Source of the DNA: Candidatus Liptonbacteria bacterium
GTDB taxonomy: Bacteria; Patescibacteriota; Minisyncoccia; UBA6257; 2-01-FULL-56-20
Direction of reading: 5' to 3'
Length of the DNA: 64,000 nucleotides
NCBI GenBank assembly: GCA_016867315.1
Contig: VGJV01000001.1
Coordinates: 194,649 to 258,648 of the forward strand
A program made the translations under genes and the position numbers. Below, piece after piece: positions 25,074-35,792 of the stretch (its first letter is position 1; each line of letters begins with the position of its first letter). The notes beneath the pieces were generated by a model. It had not been told where the DNA came from. It did not search any database and was given only the letters and a program-made list of their open reading frames with translations.

Positions 25074-27197
25074 ATGGCACTCAACAGAAAACAATATTCT
25101 ATAGAAGTAGGAGGGAAGCCTCTCGTTTTTGAATTATCTACGCTCGCGGAGCAGGCGAATTCTTCCGTGCTTGTCCGATATGGCGACACGGTGGTCTTGG
25201 TGACTGCAGTGATGTCCAGCGAAGATCAGCCCTTGGATTACATGCCGCTTACGGTGGATTATGAGGAGCGATTTTACGCCGCAGGGAAAATTATCGGCAG
25301 CCGTTTCGTGCGCCGAGAAGGCCGACCTTCCGAAGAGGCGATTCTCGCGGGGCGGCTTGTAGACCGCACTATCCGACCTCTTTTTGATGGACGGATGCGC
25401 CGCGCGGTGCAGATCGTTGTTACCGTGTTGGCATATGACGAAGAGAATGATCCGGAATTTTTGGGGTTGATGGGAGCGTCTTTGGCACTTTCACTCTCGG
25501 ATATTCCCTGGAATGGGCCTGTGGGGGGGGTGCGTATTGCCCAAATGAGTGACCGCTTTGTGGTGAATCCGATAAACTCCGAACTCAAAGCCGTACCGAC
25601 AACGTTCGAGACGTTCGTGGCGGGTTCTCGCGGGAAGATCAATATGATCGAGCTTGGCGGAATGGAAGCTTCAGAAGCTTCAGTGCTCGACTCATTTAAG
25701 CTGGCGCAGCAAGAAATTGACCGGTTGATTGAATTCCAAGCGGGAATAGTAAAGGAAATTGGAAAATCCAAAGCTTCAGTGCATCTTGCGGAAGTCGATC
25801 CTGCAGTGCGGGCGGCGGTAGACGCTTTTCTCGCCTCTCGTCTCGAAGCGGCGGTGTATCAGCCTACGAAGATGGAGCACTACGCGAAACTCGCGGAGCT
25901 CAAGGCAGCGCTTCATGCGCATATTGCAGAGACTATACCCGACGTGCATCACAAAGTGCTCGAAGAATTATTCGACGGAGCGGTGAACGATATTGTGCAT
26001 AAAAATATTTTGGAAAAAGAAAAGCGGCCGGACGGAAGGGGTTTGGATCAGCTGCGTCAGTTGGGCGGGGAAGTGGCTCTTTTGCCGCGCACGCATGGCT
26101 CCGCACTCTTCGTACGCGGGAACACTCAGGCTTTGGCGGTGACCACGCTTGCAGCTCCCGGAGCCGAGCAGCTTATCGAAACTATGGAGACGACGGGAAA
26201 GCGGCGCTTTATGCTCCACTACAACTTCCCGCATTTTTCGGTGGGAGAAACAGGACGCATGGGGAGTCCCGGCCGACGTGAAATCGGGCATGGGAATTTG
26301 GCGCGGAAAGCCGTAGAGTCTTTGATTCCCACGGAAGAAACGTTTCCGTATACGATCCGAGTAGTGTCCGAGATCCTTTCTTCAAACGGGTCTTCGTCTA
26401 TGGCTACGGTGTGTGCCTCTATTATGTCCCTCCTCGATGCCGGAGTGCCTTTGAAAAAGATGGCCGCGGGAATCGCTATGGGGCTCATGATGGAAGATAG
26501 CAAAGAGCAAATAGCCAATGGCGCATCGCCTAAGTTTAAAGTGCTTACGGACATCCAAGGTCCCGAGGATCATCATGGAGATATGGATTTCAAAGTGGCA
26601 GGGACCGACACGGGAATTACGGCCCTTCAGATGGATGTGAAAGTGGATGGGCTCACTCTCGAAATTCTTGAGAAGGCACTTTCCCAGGCTCGCAAAGCTC
26701 GCCTCGAAATTTTAAATGTCATGCAACAGGTTATTAAAGAGCCTCGGACGGCACTTTCGCCCCACGCTCCTGCGGTCATCCCCGTGAGAATCGATCCGGA
26801 GAAGATCGGCCTTTTGATCGGACCGGGAGGCAAAACCATCAACGGCATGATTAAGAAATTCGAGTTAGCAACGATTGACGTCGAAGACGACGGCCGAGTG
26901 TTTGTGGCGGGGCCGGTGCGGGCGAATGTAGAAGCCGCAGCGGTAGAAATCCGGGCCCTTACTCGCGAAATCAAAGTGGGAGAAATTGTGGAAGGCACGG
27001 TAATAAAAATTCTCGATTTTGGAGCGATTGTGGATTTGGGAGGAGGGAAAGACGGCATGATTCACGTTTCCGAACTTAAGAATGGGTTTGTAAAAACTGT
27101 TGCCGAAGTCCTCAAGGTTGGGGACTTCGTGCGTGCGAAAGTGATTCGAGCAGAGGACGACAGAATAGGGTTGTCTTTGAAGCAGCTCCAGGGCTAG
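25074..27197 (+). CDS. pnp: polyribonucleotide nucleotidyltransferase (PNPase)
   Basis: Two RNase-PH domains, then KH and S1 C-terminal domains ('IGPGGKTINGMIKKF', 'GTVIKILDFGAIVDLGGGKDGMIHVSEL'); 707 aa. Confidence 0.95.
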   Translation: MALNRKQYSIEVGGKPLVFELSTLAEQANSSVLVRYGDTVVLVTAVMSSEDQPLDYMPLTVDYEERFYAAGKIIGSRFVRREGRPSEEAILAGRLVDRTIRPLFDGRMRRAVQIVVTVLAYDEENDPEFLGLMGASLALSLSDIPWNGPVGGVRIAQMSDRFVVNPINSELKAVPTTFETFVAGSRGKINMIELGGMEASEASVLDSFKLAQQEIDRLIEFQAGIVKEIGKSKASVHLAEVDPAVRAAVDAFLASRLEAAVYQPTKMEHYAKLAELKAALHAHIAETIPDVHHKVLEELFDGAVNDIVHKNILEKEKRPDGRGLDQLRQLGGEVALLPRTHGSALFVRGNTQALAVTTLAAPGAEQLIETMETTGKRRFMLHYNFPHFSVGETGRMGSPGRREIGHGNLARKAVESLIPTEETFPYTIRVVSEILSSNGSSSMATVCASIMSLLDAGVPLKKMAAGIAMGLMMEDSKEQIANGASPKFKVLTDIQGPEDHHGDMDFKVAGTDTGITALQMDVKVDGLTLEILEKALSQARKARLEILNVMQQVIKEPRTALSPHAPAVIPVRIDPEKIGLLIGPGGKTINGMIKKFELATIDVEDDGRVFVAGPVRANVEAAAVEIRALTREIKVGEIVEGTVIKILDFGAIVDLGGGKDGMIHVSELKNGFVKTVAEVLKVGDFVRAKVIRAEDDRIGLSLKQLQG

Positions 27198-27203
27198 AAT
27201 TTT

Positions 27204-27303
27204 CCGCACTTCGCAGAGTACTGCGACCCGGGTTTTTCGTTCTCGAAAATCCCTCTTACTCCCGCCGTCGCGGTCCGTACGGTCGCAGTATCACTGCGAA
27301 TTG
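27204..27303. repeat. structured intergenic repeat element, copy D (composite)
   Basis: Inverted arms AGTACTGCGAC...GTCGCAGTA enclose 'CGTTCTCGAAAATCCCTC...CCGCCGTCGCGGTCCG', with a CACTGCGAA tail. Related to copies C and G. Confidence 0.45.
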
Positions 27304-27377
27304 CTTATTCTGGAGCTACTTAAATTTGGATTTTGTGATTTGAAATTAGCCAATTTTGCCTGTGGTAAAATTGACTT

Positions 27378-28364
27378 ATGGAACTCGGACCCCCATCTTC
27401 CTCAACTAACTCCAATTCGCCTATCCCGCCGTTAGTACCCACTCCGCCTGCGGAGGTTTTTATTCGCACTATGGCGTCCGATTTACAGTCTCTTCGCGCG
27501 AGTGGAGGAGTACGACCCAAATCGGAACGTATCGTATTATCCAAACCCGCCGAGAACGAGCAGCCTCGGATTTCGTGGCTGGCCTCAAAAAATATTGAAG
27601 TGAAATGGCTTTTTGTAGCAGGGGGCGCAATCCTCATGCTCGGAGCGCTCTTGGTGTATGGGTTTAACCGATTTTCGGTGCCTTTTCCTTTCGGAGGGGG
27701 ACTCTCCGGTGCAGTTGCTACTTCTACCGCTGCAGAGGAGGAACTCGCTTTTGCTACTTCTTCGGTGCCGCAGGAACGGCCTAGCCTCCAAAAAGGGATT
27801 TTTCGTAAACCTTTAGACAGGTCTGCGTCTTTTATTGCGGCGCAGGTGGCGCAAAATATTACTGAACTTAAAACTCCGGTACAGCGGTTGCGGGAAGCTT
27901 TAGAAGCTTTGCCTGCACCTTCGGCTTCCTCGACTCTCGTCGAGATGCTTCCTATAGGCGAAAGCGGCGAACCTGTTTCCCTTTCGGAATATTTTACACT
28001 TCTGGATTTGGATGTATTTAACTCCGGATTTCTCGCCACTCACTTTGAGGGGCGGTTTGGGATGTTTGTGTATCGGGATAAAAAAGGCTGGTGGCCGGGA
28101 TATGTATTGGCTTTGAAACCCGGCGAGAATTGGCTTTTCCTTAAAGAAGAAATGGCTGCGCTCGAAGAATCCCCCAATCTTTCTAACTTTTTCCTTACTG
28201 CTCCCGGGAGTCCCAAATCTAATTTCTTAGATGCCCGCATCGGAGATGTGTCGGCGCGAGAGATCCTTTGGGCAGATGGACGATTTATTTATGGCTGGTT
28301 CCGGGGATATTTAGTTTTGAGCACGTCGCAAGCAGGGTTGGAGGCGGTGTTGCCGCGATTGTAA
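27378..28364 (+). CDS. hypothetical single-TM membrane protein
   Basis: 328 aa; TM 'WLFVAGGAILMLGALLVYGF' then an extracytoplasmic domain; no motif recognised. Confidence 0.45.
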   Translation: MELGPPSSSTNSNSPIPPLVPTPPAEVFIRTMASDLQSLRASGGVRPKSERIVLSKPAENEQPRISWLASKNIEVKWLFVAGGAILMLGALLVYGFNRFSVPFPFGGGLSGAVATSTAAEEELAFATSSVPQERPSLQKGIFRKPLDRSASFIAAQVAQNITELKTPVQRLREALEALPAPSASSTLVEMLPIGESGEPVSLSEYFTLLDLDVFNSGFLATHFEGRFGMFVYRDKKGWWPGYVLALKPGENWLFLKEEMAALEESPNLSNFFLTAPGSPKSNFLDARIGDVSAREILWADGRFIYGWFRGYLVLSTSQAGLEAVLPRL

Positions 28365-28394
28365 GCCTCGGCGTAGGTTCACATGATTCGGGGA

Positions 28395-28460
28395 TGCGGT
28401 TTTCGGCTTGTTGCCGAAACCGCTATGCTCTCACGCCGCCGCGTTCCGAGAATCCCCTCA
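28395..28460. repeat. structured intergenic repeat element, copy A
   Basis: GCGGTTTTCGGCTTGTTGCCGAAACCGC hairpin, then TATGCTCTCACGCCGCCGCGTTCCGAGAATCCCCTC; 80-90% identical to copy B at 63128. Confidence 0.55.
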
Positions 28461-28481
28461 TCACGCGAACCTGACGCTTCT

Positions 28482-29516
28482 TTATTCTTCTTTTCCTGTT
28501 TCTTCTCCGACAGTCGCTCCTTCTTTTACTGCGTGGGCGGTTTTGGTTTTGATCGCGTTCAATAATTTTTTATCTTCCTTGAGCTTGGTGCGCACCGCAT
28601 CGAAACCGGTACCCAAGCGTTCGCCTTCGAAGGTGTAGCTTGCGCCTGATTTGGAGACAGTGCCATATCGCACGGCAGCGTTTAACACGTCTGCTTCGTA
28701 AGAAATTCCTTCGTTAAACATGATGTCGAATTCTGCGGTGCGGAAGGGAGGCGCCACTTTATTTTTCACTACTTTGGTTTTGACACGGCTGCCAATCACC
28801 GCTTCTCCTTTTTTGACTTGGGCGATGCGGCGGACATCAAGTCGAACCGAAGCGGCGAACTTGAGCGCCATTCCTCCGGGGGTGGTTTCGGGATTTCCAA
28901 ACATCACGCCGATTTTCATGCGCAATTGATTGATGAAGATCACGAGCGTTTGAGTTTGATTCGCGATGGCGGTGAGCTTTCGCAAGGCTTGCGCCATCAT
29001 ACGGGCTTGGCGGCCCACATGCTGGTCGCCCATTTCGCCTTCAAGCTCTGCGCGCGGGGTCAAGGCCGCGACAGAGTCTACAACTACCACCGAGATGATG
29101 CCTGAGCGCACGAGGCTTTCCAAAATATTCAGCGCTTCTTCGCCGTTGTCGGGTTGGGAAATTAAAAGATCATTTACCTTTACTCCTAGTCGGGCGGCAT
29201 ATTCCGGATCCATCGCATGTTCCGCGTCGATGAAGGCGGTTTTCCCTCCTTGTCGCTGAGCTTGCGCCACGACATTTAAAGCCAAAGTGGTTTTGCCGCT
29301 TGATTCCGGTCCGTAGATTTCTACAATGCGGCCGCGGGGCAGACCCCCTACTCCCAACGCGAGGTCAAGCGAAAAAGAGCCGGTGGGGACCACGGCCACG
29401 TCCACTTTTCGGGCTTCCCCTAACTTCATAATCGCTCCGTCGCCGAATTTATCGCGGAGCGTGGAGATTAAGTCCTCCAGCTCACCTCCTACTTCTTTGG
29501 TTTTCTTTGGGGTCAT
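28482..29516 (-). CDS. recA: recombinase RecA
   Basis: Walker A '[12 protein letters not shown]' and RecA signatures '[17 protein letters not shown]', 'AFIDAEHA'. Confidence 0.95.
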   Translation of the reverse strand: MTPKKTKEVGGELEDLISTLRDKFGDGAIMKLGEARKVDVAVVPTGSFSLDLALGVGGLPRGRIVEIYGPESSGKTTLALNVVAQAQRQGGKTAFIDAEHAMDPEYAARLGVKVNDLLISQPDNGEEALNILESLVRSGIISVVVVDSVAALTPRAELEGEMGDQHVGRQARMMAQALRKLTAIANQTQTLVIFINQLRMKIGVMFGNPETTPGGMALKFAASVRLDVRRIAQVKKGEAVIGSRVKTKVVKNKVAPPFRTAEFDIMFNEGISYEADVLNAAVRYGTVSKSGASYTFEGERLGTGFDAVRTKLKEDKKLLNAIKTKTAHAVKEGATVGEETGKEE

Positions 29517-29630
29517 GGGTTTAAGTCTAGGGGAGTAGCTTTTAGTGTCAATCAGAGAGGAGGTGTGTACAAAAGTAGCGTGTATCAGTGTGATATACTA
29601 AAAGCAATAAATATTTCCGTGGGAAGCTTT

Positions 29631-30953
29631 ATGGAATATCTAAGCAGTAAGAATAAAAGTCTAAGAATTTTTACCTGCGGCGTGCTGGGAGTGATGCTCC
29701 TCCTCGCAAATTTTTCTTCGGTTTGGGCTCAAACTAAGGCGGAAATTGTAGATTGTTTCGATTACTACAAGTTCAATAGCGTGCAGGCGGATATTTCTTC
29801 CGCAAGTGCAGTATTGCCGGCGGGAGTGGAAGCCTCTTTTACCGCTACTTTCCATAATGAAAACCCTTATCCGATTGTAGGAGGTTCGCTTTATGTGAAA
29901 GTTTTTAAAAAACAAGCAGATGCTTCGGCGGGGCATCGCAATGCGGATTTGGTAGTGGATCAGTTTTTTGCGTTGGAAGGCATCGCACTCGATGCTCGCG
30001 CTACGCTTAAGAAGAGCTTCGCCTGGAAAGTGCCTGCACATGCCGAGACAGGAGAGTACTCTATCGCGAGTTTTTTTGTAACCAATAAAAAATTCAATTT
30101 ATTGGGACTTTCATTTACGGACGACGTGATTGGGAATTCTTTCGATTTTAAAATTGAGGGGACTACGGGTGGGAGTATTGTTTTCGATAAGAATGCGGTG
30201 ACTATGAACGGAGACGCGTACCGGTTTGCAGCTTTCCCTCCCAGATTTGGAAGTGAAAACATCGAAGTCCAAACAATTATCACAAACACTACTCGGAAAA
30301 CCCAGGAAGTGCCGGTTACATGGAAGCTTTACTACTGGGATGGGCTGGATTCGGAACGTTTGCTCACCGAGAAAAAAGAGATGTATGTGGTGCCAGCCGG
30401 GGGTACGCAGCCCGTCTCTTTCGTGATTACGCAGAACGAGCACTCTGTCTATTATTTAGTAGGAGAATTAGTTTATGAAGATACAAAATCAGTGATTGGG
30501 ATGCGTGCTGTGAGAACAGGGGTAAATAATACGCGGATCAATTTCCCTAGTCTTACGAAATATCCTTTGCGAGAGGGCGAAGCAAACTCAATTTTTTCTT
30601 GTGCGCATGCCACTGTGCAAGAAGATCCCTCCGCTTCCCTTAAGCTCAGTCTTAAAGACTCCTCCGGATATGTGATTCACTCTTCGGAGTATCGCGGGGC
30701 GATTACGGGAGATATGATGGGTCTGAAAAGCAATTTTGTGCCCGCTAAGCATTACGATAATGTAACGCTTTACGCCGAACTTTACCGCGGCTCGCAGCTT
30801 GTAGATTCGGCGGTGATGCCATACCAATGCGATGCAATTAATCCGAAATACTGTACGCCCCGGCCATATGTGCAACTATTACTATGGATACTTATTGCGG
30901 GGGTCATCGCGCTCGGGGTTGGGTTGATGGTAATTAATAGACGAAACGCATGA
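29631..30953 (+). CDS. secreted hypothetical protein with C-terminal TM anchor (start at MEYLSS)
   Basis: Signal peptide 'LRIFTCGVLGVMLLLANFSSVWAQ', a beta-rich body, and a C-terminal 'LLLWILIAGVIALGVGLMVINRRNA' anchor. Confidence 0.5.
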   Translation: MEYLSSKNKSLRIFTCGVLGVMLLLANFSSVWAQTKAEIVDCFDYYKFNSVQADISSASAVLPAGVEASFTATFHNENPYPIVGGSLYVKVFKKQADASAGHRNADLVVDQFFALEGIALDARATLKKSFAWKVPAHAETGEYSIASFFVTNKKFNLLGLSFTDDVIGNSFDFKIEGTTGGSIVFDKNAVTMNGDAYRFAAFPPRFGSENIEVQTIITNTTRKTQEVPVTWKLYYWDGLDSERLLTEKKEMYVVPAGGTQPVSFVITQNEHSVYYLVGELVYEDTKSVIGMRAVRTGVNNTRINFPSLTKYPLREGEANSIFSCAHATVQEDPSASLKLSLKDSSGYVIHSSEYRGAITGDMMGLKSNFVPAKHYDNVTLYAELYRGSQLVDSAVMPYQCDAINPKYCTPRPYVQLLLWILIAGVIALGVGLMVINRRNA

Positions 30954-32158
30954 ACTACAAACTCAGAATAATTTTGCCTATTTTGTTTGCTGCGATAGGG
31001 ATCAGTATTTCTGGGAACCATATTGCTGAGGCAAAGGATGCAATATGGAGTAAGACTTTTTCGAATAATTTTTATTACTACTCCGAGCGTTTCCCGATTG
31101 AGTCAGGAGGAAAAGGATTAGGGAATCCTAATGTGACGATACGCTACCATGCGTTGATCAAAAATGCGGCGGATGGAAAGTATGTGGCGGACGGGAGCAC
31201 GATTCCTGTTGGCACTAAGCTTTTGTTTGAACGCGTCTCTTCCGTGGACGAGGATATTACATGGAATGGAACAGGATATTCGAGTGATACTCCCTACGGA
31301 CATTTCATTCCAAATGCCGGAGGGCCCGTTGTTGATTGTAATCCAGGAGAGAAAATGGGAAGTGTCACATCACCCAATGGCTCTAAATTTGATCCTTACG
31401 TAGTATTTTCAGCTCATCCTCCGTCCCATTCAATTTCTCATGCGGGCACTGCTGTGCTTTCTTGTAATGCCGATAACACTGAGTGCACGGTAACTTCGCC
31501 GGGTACTATTCAGACTACGTTTAATATTCGAGATACAACAGGCAAGTTTTATTATCGCTATTACGACTATAGAAGCGGAAAAGTGGAGTCCAATAATTTT
31601 AAACTAATCCCGGGATGTTATGGCAACAATATTCCTATGTCCCTCACTCCTACAAAGAATGGCAATCCCGGCGCTCCCTTTATTATGAACATCCCTTCTC
31701 AGGCCATCTCTTATAAATTTAATGCAGTTCAGCCCAATAGAGCCCCAGCGAAACCTGTTTGTTCTACGAGTCCCGCGAATGGAACCGTAGATACTCAATA
31801 TACTATTAAAGCCCAGGCTTCGGATCCCGATGGAGACGGGCTTCGCTATGAATTTGCATTTGAGGGGAATACGCAGGCCACTGTGTACGTTCCCAGCACG
31901 GGATATGCACGGAGCGGGGCCGAGCAATCTATCCTGAAACAGTGGGCTTCGGAGGGAACGAAGAAAGTGCAGGTGCGAGCGATTGATGCAAGCGGTGCGC
32001 AATCAGAGTGGGGAGCATGCGATGTGTCGGTGGGAGCACGCGCGCGGCCTAAGGTGCAGCTTTTTATAGGGCCCTTGGGGAAGTGCGAGGCCGGGAAGGA
32101 AGTAACCGTTTTGAAGAATGAAAAAGTTTCCTTATGTTGGAAGGTGAATGTAGAATAA
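30950..32158 (+). CDS. secreted hypothetical protein
   Basis: Signal peptide 'MNYKLRIILPILFAAIGISISG'; the ATGA overlap with the upstream gene suggests translational coupling. Confidence 0.5.
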   Translation: MNYKLRIILPILFAAIGISISGNHIAEAKDAIWSKTFSNNFYYYSERFPIESGGKGLGNPNVTIRYHALIKNAADGKYVADGSTIPVGTKLLFERVSSVDEDITWNGTGYSSDTPYGHFIPNAGGPVVDCNPGEKMGSVTSPNGSKFDPYVVFSAHPPSHSISHAGTAVLSCNADNTECTVTSPGTIQTTFNIRDTTGKFYYRYYDYRSGKVESNNFKLIPGCYGNNIPMSLTPTKNGNPGAPFIMNIPSQAISYKFNAVQPNRAPAKPVCSTSPANGTVDTQYTIKAQASDPDGDGLRYEFAFEGNTQATVYVPSTGYARSGAEQSILKQWASEGTKKVQVRAIDASGAQSEWGACDVSVGARARPKVQLFIGPLGKCEAGKEVTVLKNEKVSLCWKVNVE

Positions 32159-34395
32159 TGCAAAGCAAAAAAAATTTAGTGGGGTTGTTTATCGCATTTT
32201 CATTGGTGTTTATTCCAGGGTTTTTTGTTGGAGTTAAGGCTCAATCTTCGCAGGTGTTCGACAAACCCGGAACATATACCTGGACTGTGCCGCAGGATGT
32301 GACTCAGATAAAAGTGAAAGTATGGGGTGCGGGAGGAGCAGGAGGATTGGGGCACCAGGCGGCCAATAAATATCTTCTACTACGTGCTGCGGGTGGTGGA
32401 GGAGGAGGGGGAGGTTATGCCGAGGGGGTTTTGAGCGTGACTCCTGGGATAACATACGAGGTGATAGTTGGGGCAGGAGGAGAGCCAGGCTTTACTCCTG
32501 ATGGTAGCAAAGGATTTTCCGTAGATCCCAAATACCTTTTACAAGGGGGATGGTATGCCAGTCCAGCAGGAAATAGCGAATTCCGTGTTAATTGGAAAAA
32601 TCAATGGTTTGCGGTAGGAGCCGGGGGCGGAGGAAGTGGAGGTTCAGCGCAATTAGGAACCGTAACCACAGGGGCTTTTTTGGGAATCGGAGCACCGGGA
32701 AAAGGGTGGGGGGGTACCGTATGGGCTCAGGGAGCGGGTAATGGAGGTTGGGATTCGAGACAACCTAATGATCCCCAAAAATTTCCCACGGGAGGGGGTG
32801 GAGGATCAGGTTATTTTATTGGTTATGCTCAAGGGCAAGTGGGAGGCATTTCTAAAACGGGTGCCAATGGAAGCGGAGTCCCTTTGACTTCAGGTAATGG
32901 CGGCGCAGGGGCCGAAGGTGGCGCCGGAGGGTTGGCTGGGAGCGGCCGAACTCCTGGGGGAGATGGGATAGCTCCTGGGGGCGGTGGCGGAGGATCTATG
33001 GAAGGAATGTACGACAATGGCTCCGTTTCCTACGAGCTGGCAGGAAGCGGGGCGGATGGGAAAGTAGTAATTGAGTATTTAACCAGCCAAGCTCCTGTGA
33101 CGCCTGCTTCACCTACTTTTGAATGCAGACCCGTCGCGGAGTCGGTGTCGGGAGATTTTCGCGGGAACCTGCCTTTGCCTGCCGGAAGCGCTACTTCGGG
33201 ACCGCTCTCGACGGATAAAAAATTTAAGATCGAGTGTTGGAACACGGCAGATCCGGAAGCTCCGCATATTTTCGATCAGGTGGAGGCAAAAGTAACTGGG
33301 CCGGACCTGGTGGCGACGACTCCTGTTGTCCAATGGGTAAGTGGTGGCAAAACTGGACAGGAAGGTCAAAATATTTTTGCAGAAGGAGCTACTCTTCGTT
33401 TCTCTTACGGGATTAAAAATGAGGGGAAGGCAACGGCTGGAGCATCCAAAATGAGTTGGAGGGCGGCCGAGACCACCATTCCAGATAAGGTAGAGAAGTT
33501 CGGAGTACTCCCGCCTTTAGTGGATACTCCGCAGCTCGCAATAGGAGGAGTGGCGCCGTTTGTTCGGGAAATCGCCGATGTTCGAGTCGGGGAGTTTGGA
33601 TTGGGAATTTGCGCGGATGAGGAAAAGAAAGTAGATGAATCAAACGAAACCAATAACTGCTCGGGTATTTTGAAACTTAAGGTGGTAAAGGTAGAAAAAA
33701 AGTCTTTTTGTGAAGAAAATCCTAATGATCCATCGTGCAAACCCGTGACAGGAGGGAAGTGGGATGGGTGGATCAAGATGTCCGGAAAAACTACCACGGG
33801 AGCTGATTATGGCGTGCGCTATGATCCGCAAACCACCCGATTCTGCGGGTACGCGTGGGGGGGCGCAGTCGTAGGGTGGGTGTCTTTTGGACCTTTGCCG
33901 GGGACTGCAACTGGATGTGATCAATCTCCGACTTTGTACCAATGGGCACGACTTTCAACTGTGGCTGATGCCAAAATACGGCCTGAGGTAAAGAAAATTG
34001 AACTTCCCAATCTTACAGAAAAAGACGCTCTAGTTTTTCCTTTGGCTTATCAATTAGGGGGGTGGGCTTGGTCTTCAAATATTGGTTGGATCAGTCTTTC
34101 TAATGCAAATCATGCAGGAACTGTTAATTATGGCGTGACAATGGATGTAAAGGGAGACGTTCAAGATAAAGCTTCTGGGCGTAGTTTAAAGGGGTGGGCT
34201 TGGTCTTCCAATATTGGTTGGATTAAGTTCGATGCGGCTCCATTCAACTTTTCAAGGCCAAATGGAGAAATGTATCCGGATGCGCCTCAGAAATCTGCAA
34301 CTACGAATATTAATACGAATATGATAGAGGGTTGGGCGCGAGTGTGTGCGGGAACTATAAAGGGAGATTGTAATAGTTCTAGTAGAGCTGATTAA
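32158..34395 (+). CDS. secreted glycine-rich protein (Gly_rich/PF12810-like N-terminal domain) with Trp-rich C-terminal repeats
   Basis: 'PGTYTWTVPQDVTQIKVKVWGAGGAGG' matches the glycine-rich-protein family signature as I recall it. Long poly-G tracts; C-terminal repeats 'GGWAWSSNIGWI' x2 and 'GYAWGGAVVGWVSF' are cell-wall-binding-repeat-like. The TAATG overlap with the upstream gene suggests coupling. Confidence 0.5.
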   Translation: MQSKKNLVGLFIAFSLVFIPGFFVGVKAQSSQVFDKPGTYTWTVPQDVTQIKVKVWGAGGAGGLGHQAANKYLLLRAAGGGGGGGGYAEGVLSVTPGITYEVIVGAGGEPGFTPDGSKGFSVDPKYLLQGGWYASPAGNSEFRVNWKNQWFAVGAGGGGSGGSAQLGTVTTGAFLGIGAPGKGWGGTVWAQGAGNGGWDSRQPNDPQKFPTGGGGGSGYFIGYAQGQVGGISKTGANGSGVPLTSGNGGAGAEGGAGGLAGSGRTPGGDGIAPGGGGGGSMEGMYDNGSVSYELAGSGADGKVVIEYLTSQAPVTPASPTFECRPVAESVSGDFRGNLPLPAGSATSGPLSTDKKFKIECWNTADPEAPHIFDQVEAKVTGPDLVATTPVVQWVSGGKTGQEGQNIFAEGATLRFSYGIKNEGKATAGASKMSWRAAETTIPDKVEKFGVLPPLVDTPQLAIGGVAPFVREIADVRVGEFGLGICADEEKKVDESNETNNCSGILKLKVVKVEKKSFCEENPNDPSCKPVTGGKWDGWIKMSGKTTTGADYGVRYDPQTTRFCGYAWGGAVVGWVSFGPLPGTATGCDQSPTLYQWARLSTVADAKIRPEVKKIELPNLTEKDALVFPLAYQLGGWAWSSNIGWISLSNANHAGTVNYGVTMDVKGDVQDKASGRSLKGWAWSSNIGWIKFDAAPFNFSRPNGEMYPDAPQKSATTNINTNMIEGWARVCAGTIKGDCNSSSRAD

Positions 34396-34471
34396 AAAGC
34401 GAAAGACCCAAATAGGTGTTTGGGTCTTCGTTGATTGGTTGTCTGCAAAAGTCTTTTAGGCACAACCGGGC

Positions 34472-35530
34472 CTATTCTCGGTATCGAGCGCGATAAAATC
34501 CGGGTTGTTCTGTCACGTCGTCACCTGTTAACACCGTTGATCCTTCATGCACAACGCTTGGGATTGTGATCCAGGATTTGAAGTCTGTTGTTTTTTCGAA
34601 AATAACATCTTCTTTGCTGTTGATGTTGTCTCCGAATGCACTAAGACTAATCCATGGACCACTCCACTCATTGGCGGGGTGATGTTGGGTGACGAGGAGT
34701 AATGGTTCTTGATCCGTTGCTGGAAGTTTGTTCCCAGCTCCTGTGTAATACCGGACAATGCTTTCGTCCGCTAATTCCATCGTGAGAACTCCTATGGACT
34801 TCTCAAGTATGGGTTTCGCAGGAAGGGCTACTAATCCAGTTTCGGGATCTACAGAAACCACGAATGGGCCGGGGATGAAGGCTTTTGGAGTTGCACTTTT
34901 CACTCCTAGTTGTTGGTAGTAGGGATTCGAGTCGTTAAACTTTTTTCCATCCCACCAACGCATTCGGCCGTTCACCGCTCCTGGTATCCGCATGAAGACG
35001 CTTTTCCCAAGTTTCATTTGGAGATCGTTTGCGACAGATTGTGACGGACGCCACATTTCATCGCTTCCTTTCTCTAAAGTGAAATTGAGGATGTCTTCGA
35101 AGAAAGTTGCTGCTCCGAAATAACTTAGCTCAGTCCAATTTACCCTGACGACGTAACGCGCGTTTTGGACACGCTGGATCGAGGCTAGGTATTTTCGAAT
35201 GCCTTTCTTTGCATGCTCGAGGAGTTGAGTTTCAGTCCAATCTCCTTGAGTGTTGATTTTTTGCAGGGCGGGATCTTCTATCCCTGTGTCCACTCCCCAT
35301 CCTTCTGAGGGTGGGGTGGGTCCCATGTCGTTCAGCGGGGCAGCATTCACGTTCTCGGTGATTTTCCGAGAAAGGAATATTGCTCGCGTGAAGCTCGCTC
35401 CTTGCTGCCGGAAGTAGGATGCATTTCCCACCTCCATCTTTTGAGGAGCTTGCGGTGCGTCAGTGGCGAAAGCCCTGACTAGCATGCAAGCAAAGCAGAA
35501 AAGAGTAGTTACTCCAGTCAGAGTTTTCAT
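34472..35530 (-). CDS. secreted hypothetical protein
   Basis: Signal peptide 'MKTLTGVTTLFCFACMLVRAFA'; 352 aa. Confidence 0.45.
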   Translation of the reverse strand: MKTLTGVTTLFCFACMLVRAFATDAPQAPQKMEVGNASYFRQQGASFTRAIFLSRKITENVNAAPLNDMGPTPPSEGWGVDTGIEDPALQKINTQGDWTETQLLEHAKKGIRKYLASIQRVQNARYVVRVNWTELSYFGAATFFEDILNFTLEKGSDEMWRPSQSVANDLQMKLGKSVFMRIPGAVNGRMRWWDGKKFNDSNPYYQQLGVKSATPKAFIPGPFVVSVDPETGLVALPAKPILEKSIGVLTMELADESIVRYYTGAGNKLPATDQEPLLLVTQHHPANEWSGPWISLSAFGDNINSKEDVIFEKTTDFKSWITIPSVVHEGSTVLTGDDVTEQPGFYRARYRE

Positions 35531-35792
35531 AAAGGTGAATCTTTCAATTCAGTCAAAGCAGTCCGGTATTTTCGAACGTAAATCTCTCCACCCGGAGAGC
35601 AGTTCGTTTTTCAAGGCGCACTTTGATTGCTTACATTATACCACGAAATTTGGGGTCCCGTCAATGTTCGATTGGCCCTTGGTATGTAAGGATTGGGGGT
35701 CGAAAAGTCCACAGAATATACACATTACCCCTTTCTTCTTAAAGAGGAATTATGCACAATTTTCCGATTTGCAGTGTGATACAATTTGAATA

